Position numbers and translations under genes: made by a program. Under the pieces are notes generated by a model. That model searched no databases. It was not told where the DNA came from and was given only the letters and a program-made list of their open reading frames with translations. Shown here in pieces: positions 57,067 through 64,000 of a stretch of DNA of 64,000 nt (its first letter is position 1; every line of letters begins with the position of its first letter). This stretch comes from Rhodospirillales bacterium (GTDB lineage Bacteria; Pseudomonadota; Alphaproteobacteria; Rhodospirillales; UBA2165): positions 6,971 to 70,970 of the forward strand of contig JAPPFK010000055.1 in NCBI GenBank assembly GCA_028823885.1, written 5' to 3'.

Positions 57067-57879
57067 ATGCTGGAGCTTTATCACCATGGATCATCGGCCT
57101 GCGCCACCAAGGCGCGTCTGACCCTGGACGAGAAGGGCGTGCCCTGGGAGAGCCGGTATATCGACATTCTGAAGAGCGAGCAGTTCACCGCCGAATACGC
57201 CAGGCTCAATCCCAAGTGCGTGGTGCCGACCCTGGTCCATGACGGCCATGTGGTCCGCGAAAGCACGGTGATCTGCGAATACGTCGACGAGGTGTTCGAC
57301 GGCCCGTCGCTCGTGCCGGATGATCCGCTGATGCGGGCCGAGATGCGCTTGTGGACCAAGATGGTCGATGAGGATCTTCATCCGGCGACCCAGGTGGTGA
57401 CGTTCGCCGCGTCCCACCGGGTGGGGGCGCTGAAGAAAACCAAGGAGGAGTTCGATTTCTACATCAACTCCATTCCCGATCCGGTCCGCCGGGCGCGCAA
57501 GCGGAGCGCCATCGTCGACGGCTGGAAATCCCCGGAAGCCACCAACGCGCTCCTGACCTTCAACAAGGCGATCAAATGGATGGAGGACAGCCTCGGCAAG
57601 TGGACGTGGCTCGCCGGCGACGGCTATTCCCTCGCCGATATCGCCATGACCATCTATCTCAACCGGCTGCACATCCTCTCCATGTCGCCCATGTGGGAGG
57701 GCAAATTTCCGAAGGTGTCGGCATTCTGGGAGACGGTATCGGCGCGGCCCAGCTTTCAGCCCGCCATCTACGACTGGCTGCCCGGCGAGCTCGAAAACGA
57801 GATGCGCGCCAACGGCGCCCAGTCCTGGCCCGAAGCCGAGGCGCTGCTGGCCGAGCTTGAGAGGGAGAAGGCCGCCTGA
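57067..57879 (+). CDS. glutathione S-transferase family protein
   Basis: LELYHHGSSACATKARLTLDEKG...VPTLVHDGHVVRESTVICEYVDEVF and WLAGDGYSLADI. GGAGG SD before the ATG at 57067. Confidence 0.8.
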   Translation: MLELYHHGSSACATKARLTLDEKGVPWESRYIDILKSEQFTAEYARLNPKCVVPTLVHDGHVVRESTVICEYVDEVFDGPSLVPDDPLMRAEMRLWTKMVDEDLHPATQVVTFAASHRVGALKKTKEEFDFYINSIPDPVRRARKRSAIVDGWKSPEATNALLTFNKAIKWMEDSLGKWTWLAGDGYSLADIAMTIYLNRLHILSMSPMWEGKFPKVSAFWETVSARPSFQPAIYDWLPGELENEMRANGAQSWPEAEALLAELEREKAA

Positions 57880-57932
57880 ACCGGCGGGACGCGTTCTAAA
57901 TTATCGTCGTTCCCCGCCCCACCGGACCGGCG

Positions 57933-58592
57933 TCAAGCCGGGTCCCTGGCCGGCGCGACGCCGATCATGCTGTCCCGGGTCACCAGTTCCCGGAGCCGTT
58001 CTTCCGGCCAATCCTCCGTGCCGGCGGGCCGTTTCGGCAGCACCAGATAGCGCATATCGGCGTTTGAATCGTGGACCCGCAGCGCCACGTCGCCGGGCAG
58101 CTCGGTGCCGAACTCCTTCAGGACCGCCCGGGGTTCGTTGACGGCGCGCGAGCGGTAGGACTTGGATTTGTACCAGTCCGGCGGCAGCCCGAGGATGGTC
58201 CTGGGATAGCAGGAACACAGCGTACAGACGATGACGTTGTGAACGCTGCCGGTGTTTTCGACCACCACCAGCTCCGCCCCCGCCATCGGGATATCCAGCT
58301 CCGCCGCGGCGGCCGTCCCGTTGCTGAGCAGGCGTTCCTTGTAGGCCGGGTCGGTCCACGCCCTGGCGATGATCTCGGCGCCTTTCTCGGTGCCCCGGGA
58401 ATCGAAAAATTCCACGTATTCCCGAACCTCGGTAGCGGTCACAAGGCCTTTCTCGATGCTCAGCTCCTTGAGCGCATCGGCGAGCAGTTCGAAATGTCCG
58501 GTCTCGTTCCGGTCGTGGACCGAGTCGTCGGCATAGGTAAGGACCGGACCGCCGCCGTGGTCATGTCCATGATCATGGGTGTCGCCGGTCAT
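57933..58592 (-). CDS. nitrile hydratase family alpha (metal-binding) subunit, cobalt-type motif
   Basis: VVCTLCSCYPRTILGLPPDWYKSKSYRSR and RYLVLPKRPAGT. His-rich N-terminus MTGDTHDHGHDHGGG. The start overlaps the upstream stop. Confidence 0.9.
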   Translation of the reverse strand: MTGDTHDHGHDHGGGPVLTYADDSVHDRNETGHFELLADALKELSIEKGLVTATEVREYVEFFDSRGTEKGAEIIARAWTDPAYKERLLSNGTAAAAELDIPMAGAELVVVENTGSVHNVIVCTLCSCYPRTILGLPPDWYKSKSYRSRAVNEPRAVLKEFGTELPGDVALRVHDSNADMRYLVLPKRPAGTEDWPEERLRELVTRDSMIGVAPARDPA

Positions 58593-58906
58593 CACGCGTC
58601 TCCTTCCACCGGGCTCAGCCAGTGCTCTTGAATTTCAAGATCGATGGTGTCTTCCGGGTGGCCGTCATAGCCGTTCCAGACATCGGCCTGCTTGAACCGC
58701 ACCCGGTAGAGGTGCCGCTCGGGCAGCCCGTCGAACCCGTAGGCCAGTTCCTCCGGATTCCTGAACGAGCCGCAATAGCGCTCGATGACGCCGGCTTTGC
58801 CCCGGATATATTGGGGAATGCGCCGGTGCCCGGGCGGCCAGGTCAGCGCCACGCGCACCGCATCGCCGGCGGCGTAGCCGGGCGGGCCCAGGGCCGCCCC
58901 GGTCAT
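58592..58906 (-). CDS. nitrile hydratase family beta subunit, C-terminal half as a separate ORF
   Basis: 104 aa. IPQYIRGKAGVIERYCGSFRNPEELAYG...YRVRF matches the NHase beta C-domain. GGGAGG SD 7 nt upstream. ATGA overlap with the preceding ORF. Confidence 0.8.
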   Translation of the reverse strand: MTGAALGPPGYAAGDAVRVALTWPPGHRRIPQYIRGKAGVIERYCGSFRNPEELAYGFDGLPERHLYRVRFKQADVWNGYDGHPEDTIDLEIQEHWLSPVEGDA

Positions 58907-59217
58907 TCCGCCGCCTCCCGGGCCGCGCGCAGTTCCGCCATCCTGGCGTCCACCTCGTCCCGGGTGACGAGCCGCTTCTCGACCATCAGGTCGGTGAGCG
59001 CGACGGTCCAGCGTTCGTAGTAGCCGCCGTCGTAGATGTCCGGGGGCAGGTCCTCGATGCAGCGGCGGAGCTCGTCGGTGGTGAGTTCGCCCTTCAGGCG
59101 CATGACGGTGAAGACGGCGCTGACCATCTTGTGCCAGGGGAGGAGTTCGTGCTCCTCGAGATCGATCGGGCCGCCCGGCAGGCCGCCCAGATCGTGCTGT
59201 CCCCGTTCCAATGGCAT
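58903..59217 (-). CDS. nitrile hydratase family beta subunit, N-terminal half as a separate ORF
   Basis: 104 aa. MPLERGQHDLGGLPGGPIDLEEHELLPWHK...YYERW matches the NHase beta N-domain. GGAGGAA SD. Confidence 0.8.
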   Translation of the reverse strand: MPLERGQHDLGGLPGGPIDLEEHELLPWHKMVSAVFTVMRLKGELTTDELRRCIEDLPPDIYDGGYYERWTVALTDLMVEKRLVTRDEVDARMAELRAAREAAE

Positions 59218-59329
59218 TGGGTTCCTCCAAGGCGCTTCCGATTGTCGGACAAAGTGTCGCGCCGCGTTTGAGGGCCGTCAACCCGGCTGTCATACTTCAC
59301 CCCATTAGGATTCATCCAGGGAGGACACC

Positions 59330-59620
59330 ATGGCCAGGGGCTATTGGATTTCGCGCTACACCCACCCGGGCGGGGACGCTCAGGCGAGCTACCAGGAAAT
59401 CGCCCAATCGGTGGTGCCGGCCTTTGGCGGCAGACCCGTCATCCGCAACGGCCGGCACGAGACGCCGGAGGGCGACGAAACCGGCGCGACGGTGGTGATC
59501 GAGTTCGAGAGCTATGAAAAGGCCGTCGAGTGCTACCGCTCCGACGAATACCAGAAGGCGGTGCCGTTCATGGACGGCGCGCGGCGGAATCTGATCATCA
59601 TCGAGGGTGTCGACGAATAA
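59330..59620 (+). CDS. DUF1330 domain protein
   Basis: 96 aa. MARGYWISRYT...VVIEFESYEKAVECYRSDEYQKA is the typical DUF1330 pattern. Confidence 0.7.
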   Translation: MARGYWISRYTHPGGDAQASYQEIAQSVVPAFGGRPVIRNGRHETPEGDETGATVVIEFESYEKAVECYRSDEYQKAVPFMDGARRNLIIIEGVDE

Positions 59621-59622
59621 GG

Positions 59623-60465
59623 ATGGCCGGCCTCGACGCTCAATGGGCCCGGCCGGACCTGATCGCGGCCATCGACGCGGCGACCCGCGCGGCCGGTCTC
59701 GACCCGGACGACCTGGACGCCGACGGCCTGGCGGCGGTCGAACATCTGCATTCGGGCGGTATCGCCACGACCCGGGATCAGGCGGCCCAGGTCAACGGCG
59801 TCTCGGAGATCACGCCCGAAACCCATGTCCTGGACGCCGGCTGCGGGGTCGGCGGCCCGGCCCGCTGGCTGGCGCGGAAATTCGGCTGCCGGGTGACGGG
59901 CATCGACATCACGCCCGATTTCGTCGAGGCCGCCCGGGAGCTGACCCGCCGCCGGGGAATGGAAAATCTGGTGGAAATCTCCGTCGGCGACGCCACCGAC
60001 CTGCAATTCGAGGATCGGACGTTCGATCTCCTGTGGTGCCAGAACGTCACCATGAATATCGAGGACAAGGGCACGCTGCTCGGCGGTTTCCACCGGGTGC
60101 TCAAGCCGGGCGGCCGGTTCACCTTCGCCGAGTTCAGCTACGGCCCCGGGGCCGGCGAGGCCCGCGACATTCATTTCCCGGTCAACTGGGCCAGGACGCC
60201 GGACGTCAACTTCCTGAACTCGGAGAAAGGCCTGCGCCGCAACCTCGCGGGAAACGGCTTCGACGTCGAGGTGATGGAGAACTATTCCGGGACCATTCTC
60301 CGCCGGGTGCGCGAGGCGACGGAGAAAGCCGGCGGCAAGCCGCCGAGCCCCTTGGGCATCCAGGTGGTTCTGGGCGACGATGTGCCCGAGCGCAGCGCCA
60401 ACACCCAGCGAAATCTCGCCGAGGAGCGGCTGATCTACTGGATGGCCACGGCCAGGAAGGTTTAG
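59623..60465 (+). CDS. class I SAM-dependent methyltransferase
   Basis: Motif I VLDAGCGVGGPARWLA and post-I VTGIDI. Start at MAGLDAQW. Confidence 0.8.
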   Translation: MAGLDAQWARPDLIAAIDAATRAAGLDPDDLDADGLAAVEHLHSGGIATTRDQAAQVNGVSEITPETHVLDAGCGVGGPARWLARKFGCRVTGIDITPDFVEAARELTRRRGMENLVEISVGDATDLQFEDRTFDLLWCQNVTMNIEDKGTLLGGFHRVLKPGGRFTFAEFSYGPGAGEARDIHFPVNWARTPDVNFLNSEKGLRRNLAGNGFDVEVMENYSGTILRRVREATEKAGGKPPSPLGIQVVLGDDVPERSANTQRNLAEERLIYWMATARKV

Positions 60466-60617
60466 CGTTGGCCGGACACCGGCCTATCCGCGCCGTGGAA
60501 GATCTGATGCGGAAGCGGGACTTGATCAACCCATTCGGGCTATACTTGAATACATCCGATGGGTTTCGGCAGTGAGATAGGGCGTGCCGTTCGAGGCCGC
60601 CGCAGGAGAGGTTGGAA

Positions 60618-61676
60618 ATGTCTGAACTAGCGATGGAGCCCCTGGTCCCGAACGCCTGGTTTGTCGCCGCCTGGGCCCACGAGCTTGATGATGGTCCGAT
60701 CGCCCGCAAAATCATGGGCGAGAATCTGGTGATGTTCCGGGGCGCCGACGGCAAGGCGGCGGCGCTGGAGGACCGGTGTTGCCATAGGGGTGTCAAACTG
60801 TCCCTCGGGAAGACCGTCGAGAAGGGCCTCCAATGCGGCTATCACGGCATGGTCTTCGATGGCAGCGGCGCCTGTGTCGACAATCCCGGCGAACGGCTGA
60901 ACCCGAACCACCGCGTCCGCGCATTTCCGGCGGTCGAGCGCCAGACGATGATCTGGGTCTGGACCGGTGATCCCGGGCAGGCGGATGAAAGCCTGATCGT
61001 CGATTTTCCTTATCCCGACAAGACCGGCGAATGGAATTTCCTCTATGGCCGCTACGAGATAGCCGCCAACTACATGTTCATGATCGACAACCTGATGGAT
61101 CTGACCCACCTCGGCTATGTGCATCTCTCGACCATCGGCGGACACCCCGACGAGCAGAATATTGCCGAGCTGGACACGGTCCGCACCGAGCGGGGCGCCA
61201 GGTATGTCCGCTGGATGATGAACTCCACGCCGCCGCCCGCCTTCGTGAAAGCCGGCGGTTTCGATGGGCCCGTGGACCGCTGGGGCGAGTTCGAATACAT
61301 CGCGCCGGGAACCGTGTTGCAATGGGCCGGTGCGCACGACGCGGGAACCGGCGGTCGGGAAGACCGCAATAAGCCGGGCGGATTGGTATTCCGGCTGCTT
61401 CATCAGGCAACCCCGGCGGACGATGACAGCTATCACTACTTTTTTGCCTCCGCGGTACGCGGCGAGCCGGTGGACGGACCGGCGAACGTCGCGTTTCACG
61501 ACGCCAACCGGGAAGCCTTCCTGGAGGACAAGCTGTTCATCGAGGCGCAGCAGGAGGCGGTCGCCCAGGCGCCCGAGCGCAAGCTGATCCTGCGCGAACA
61601 TGACAAGGCGGTGGCCTACAGCCGCCAGGCCATTCATCGATTGCAGAGCGCGGACGTCGCCGAGGTGGCGGAGTAA
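60618..61676 (+). CDS. Rieske [2Fe-2S] oxygenase, VanA/phthalate-family alpha subunit-like
   Basis: Rieske motif CCHRG...CGYHG, with a mononuclear-iron region NLMDLTHLGYVH. AGGAGAGG SD. Confidence 0.85.
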   Translation: MSELAMEPLVPNAWFVAAWAHELDDGPIARKIMGENLVMFRGADGKAAALEDRCCHRGVKLSLGKTVEKGLQCGYHGMVFDGSGACVDNPGERLNPNHRVRAFPAVERQTMIWVWTGDPGQADESLIVDFPYPDKTGEWNFLYGRYEIAANYMFMIDNLMDLTHLGYVHLSTIGGHPDEQNIAELDTVRTERGARYVRWMMNSTPPPAFVKAGGFDGPVDRWGEFEYIAPGTVLQWAGAHDAGTGGREDRNKPGGLVFRLLHQATPADDDSYHYFFASAVRGEPVDGPANVAFHDANREAFLEDKLFIEAQQEAVAQAPERKLILREHDKAVAYSRQAIHRLQSADVAEVAE

Positions 61677-61736
61677 TCGTCAACGTGCCGGTCCCCGCGA
61701 TCGGGAAGGTCCAATTGCCGGCTTTCGCGGGCAGGC

Positions 61737-62723
61737 CTAGAGAAACCTCTCCAGCTTGAACAGCTTGGCCGCGTTGGTCCGCCCCACCTTCCGCCGCTCT
61801 TCATCGGACAGTACGGGCGTGCCGTCGAACCACTCGGCGCCGGCATTCATCACCTCCATCGGGTAGTCGATGGCGAACATCAGGCGGTCAACGCCCATTT
61901 CGGAGACCGTGCACCGCAGCGCAGGATCGCTGAAGTTTCCGCTCGTGGTCACATGAACGTTGTTTCTGAGATAGTGGCTCATGGGGTGTTTGGCCGGAAA
62001 GCCGTGCGGCACCCGCGCGATCCGGTTGTCGAGCCGCCACATGTCGAAGGGAATCCGCTCCCCCAGATGCCCCAGAACCACCTGCAGGCCGGGAAACTCG
62101 TCGAACAGGCAGGAGCCGATGAGGCGCAGCATGTGGAGCGAAGTTTCGACCGCGAACCCCCAGCCCGAACTGTAGAGCCAGGGATGACCGTCATAGGGCT
62201 GGGCGCGTTCGCGGACGATGGTGCGGGGGTGCAGATAGAACGGCACGTCCAGCTCGGCGACAACGCCCCAGAACGGCCGGTATTCGGGAATGTCGTAGTA
62301 GATGACCGAGTCCGAAACATCCCGCTGGGTAAATCCGTTCACCAGCGCACCGGGGAATCCCAAATCCTTGACGCTGCGGGCGAGTTCTTCCGCCGCCGCT
62401 TCCGGATCCTGCATGGGCAGGGTCGCGAATCCGCCGAAACGGTCGGGCCGCCTGGCAACCTCCTCGGCGAGAAAATCGTTGTACCTGCGGGCGTCCTCGG
62501 CGGCCTCCTTTGGATCGAGGACGCCCTGCACGGCCGGCGCATTGAGGGACAGGATGGCGTACTCGACGCCGAATTCGTCCATGTCTCTCAAGCGGTCGTC
62601 GTGGAAATCCATCAACCGCCGCGAGGTTTCGATCCACGATTCCGCGTGCTGCAGACGCCGCTCGATGTCCGCGTCGGGCGCTTGGTAGGCGAAGTGCTCT
62701 TCGAGCGCGATTTTACCCTGCAT
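61737..62723 (-). CDS. amidohydrolase-2 family non-oxidative decarboxylase (LigW / gamma-resorcylate decarboxylase-like)
   Basis: MQGKIALEEHFA start and overall ACMSD-family layout. 328 aa. Confidence 0.8.
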   Translation of the reverse strand: MQGKIALEEHFAYQAPDADIERRLQHAESWIETSRRLMDFHDDRLRDMDEFGVEYAILSLNAPAVQGVLDPKEAAEDARRYNDFLAEEVARRPDRFGGFATLPMQDPEAAAEELARSVKDLGFPGALVNGFTQRDVSDSVIYYDIPEYRPFWGVVAELDVPFYLHPRTIVRERAQPYDGHPWLYSSGWGFAVETSLHMLRLIGSCLFDEFPGLQVVLGHLGERIPFDMWRLDNRIARVPHGFPAKHPMSHYLRNNVHVTTSGNFSDPALRCTVSEMGVDRLMFAIDYPMEVMNAGAEWFDGTPVLSDEERRKVGRTNAAKLFKLERFL

Positions 62724-62796
62724 CCTGAAGTCCTCCCGGGTTCCGATTGCAGGGGCAGCTTAAGGGATGCCGGGGGATTGGCAATCCGGGATCGGT

Positions 62797-63558
62797 CTAG
62801 TCGTAGATCGCGCGGTCGTCTTCCATGCTCGCGGGCATGCCTTCCGGGACGAACAGCGCATCGGCGCGCCGGCCGATCTCCAGCACCCTGAGCGCCTCGA
62901 TACTCTCTTCGAGTTCCCGGTCCGAGGGCGGCACCAGGACCATCCGGTCCAGAACCGACCGCCGGTAGATATAGACCGGGATGTGGGCGCAGATTTCTCC
63001 GGCGTTCAGGCGGGCGGCGTCGCGGGAGAAGTCCCGGATCGTCCCCACCTTGGCTTCCGGCATCACATGGACCATGCGGTCCTCGTTCCACCGAACCGAA
63101 ATTTTCGGCGCCTGTTCGTCGGCCTCGGCGGGGAGCGGGGCGGCCAGCGTCGCCATCCCGACATCGTTGGAGGCCAGCGGGTACATGAGCGCCCTCAGAT
63201 ATTTTGCGTCGATATCCGCATAGTGCTCCGGCATGTGGATGATCAGGTCGTGATTGCAGAAACGGTCGAACCTGGTGATCGTGCGGGCGATGCGCGCAAG
63301 ACCGGAGGGCGGCTTGTAGTTGTGCGTCGGCGGAATCTCCGTTGGATCGGAGGTCACGCTGTAGCCGCCGGCGTCCCGGACGGCATCGGCCAGGGACGCA
63401 TCATGGCAGTCGACGATCGTGTTGCCGACGTCGGCTTCCTCGGCGCGCCGCCAGGCGGTGATGATCGAGGGAGCAGAGTCCTCACAGCTGCTCCCCCGAC
63501 CATCGGGAGTGACGCGGTCGAGCCGCGACGAGACGACGATGAGCGGATTGCGCTCCAT
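62797..63558 (-). CDS. divergent CTP_transf_3 (KdsB/NeuA-like) cytidylyltransferase homologue
   Basis: VGMATLAAP and ELEESIEALRVLEIG align with E. coli KdsB VGMATLAVP and LEHIEMLEQLRVLWYG. The N-terminal PARxxSxRxPGKP and QGDEP motifs are altered. Start taken at MERNPL (63558). Confidence 0.55.
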   Translation of the reverse strand: MERNPLIVVSSRLDRVTPDGRGSSCEDSAPSIITAWRRAEEADVGNTIVDCHDASLADAVRDAGGYSVTSDPTEIPPTHNYKPPSGLARIARTITRFDRFCNHDLIIHMPEHYADIDAKYLRALMYPLASNDVGMATLAAPLPAEADEQAPKISVRWNEDRMVHVMPEAKVGTIRDFSRDAARLNAGEICAHIPVYIYRRSVLDRMVLVPPSDRELEESIEALRVLEIGRRADALFVPEGMPASMEDDRAIYD

Positions 63559-63581
63559 CGGCTTGGGACCGAGTTCGTCGC

Positions 63582-64000
63582 CTACTTGTGGGTCGGGTAA
63601 CCCAACAAGGACGGGTGGTGGAAGTCGCCGGGACGGTAGTCGCCGACCGCTTCCTCCATATGTTCCATCTTGGTGAAAATCACCGGTCCGTCTTTGGACA
63701 CCAGGACGTTCTCCTCCAACCGGCAGGTTTGAGGCAGCCCCGGATGTCCGGCGAAAGTCTCGATGGCGAAGTACATGTTTTCCTTGATCTCCGCCGGATA
63801 TTTGAGCGAGTAGGCGCGGCTCATCCACATGCCCTCGTACAGCGTGATGCCGATGGAGTGGGCGAACTGCTGCAGCGTCACCGTCCCGTAGGTGTCGTCG
63901 TCATATTCCGGGAACTTGGAGACCACATCCGCGGACGTCATGCCCGGGCGCAGATTTTCCATTCCGGCATAAAGGGAATCGTAGGTTTCCCGGTAGAGAT
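63582..64000 (-). CDS. M24 family metallopeptidase/creatinase-like protein (C-terminal part; runs off the window)
   Basis: FAHSIGITLYEGMW...YFAIETFAGHPG...CRLEENVLV is the pita-bread fold C-terminus. The ORF is open at the window edge. Confidence 0.7.
   Translation of the reverse strand, partial: LYRETYDSLYAGMENLRPGMTSADVVSKFPEYDDDTYGTVTLQQFAHSIGITLYEGMWMSRAYSLKYPAEIKENMYFAIETFAGHPGLPQTCRLEENVLVSKDGPVIFTKMEHMEEAVGDYRPGDFHHPSLLGYPTHK

Noticed and set aside
58592-59293. A 233-aa ORF that could be read as one full-length NHase beta subunit.
   Set aside because: Only its last 104 aa look like NHase beta. The first 129 aa are Arg/Pro/Gly-rich off-frame sequence, while the frame 58903-59217 gives a clean beta N-domain with its own SD. 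The ATGA junction fits two coupled ORFs. A recent frameshift of a fused gene remains the alternative and is flagged in the finding.
62797-63828. 343-aa ORF-track version of the KdsB-like gene.
   Set aside because: The first 90 aa overlap the M24 gene in another frame and are low-complexity. Homology begins after the internal Met at 63558.

Overview
High-GC bacterial chromosomal segment, most likely alphaproteobacterial (inferred from gene content and order). It holds about 70 genes, with no rRNA, CRISPR array, transposase or integrase. The order below runs left to right.

- **1-5.1 kb:** A low-GC GmrSD-like DUF262/DUF1524 gene at the window edge, a small ORF paired with a QueG/RdhA-like Fe-S protein, an amidase, and tRNA-Pro(CGG).
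- **5.1-18.8 kb:** A housekeeping block of ispB, DUF2007, a methyltransferase, an S49 peptidase, glyQ, glyS, ppdK, an amidohydrolase, two TauE genes, a methyltransferase and ygfZ.
- **18.9-26.3 kb:** Eight plus-strand polysaccharide/LPS-type genes (six glycosyltransferases of families GT4, GT9 and GT2, plus an AsnB-like amidotransferase). The first seven junctions overlap and look translationally coupled.
- **26.4-28.2 kb:** An ACAD-like flavoenzyme and a membrane protein.
- **28.2-30.7 kb:** A roughly 2.5 kb low-GC islet of orphan genes.
- **30.8-49.3 kb:** A deiodinase-like thioredoxin-fold protein and a LysR regulator, then an aromatic-catabolism region. That region runs TRAP DctPQM, GST, SDR, LigAB, MBL-type alkylsulfatase, SIP-like reductase, GMC oxidoreductase, a second DctPQM, and a TAXI-TRAP system.
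- **49.3-54.8 kb:** A thioesterase, two EamA genes, tungstate-type ABC genes (tupBCA order) and a WrbA-like protein.
- **54.8-64 kb:** A second catabolic region with NIPSNAP, two IclR regulators, a GST, a three-cistron nitrile-hydratase-family operon with a split beta subunit, DUF1330, a methyltransferase, a Rieske oxygenase, a LigW-like decarboxylase, a divergent KdsB-like protein and a partial M24 peptidase.

The most notable observations are:
- the split-beta NHase-family operon, which has a His-rich alpha N-terminus and no activator gene;
- the second DctPQM cassette, bracketed by diverged direct repeats of the GMC gene 3' end;
- a shared TTGTCC-N7-GGAC palindrome at the two IclR genes and upstream of ligAB;
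- the low-GC orphan islet;
- an essential glyS gene whose 3' third has foreign-looking base composition.

All functional calls rest on motif recognition by eye. No database search was run.
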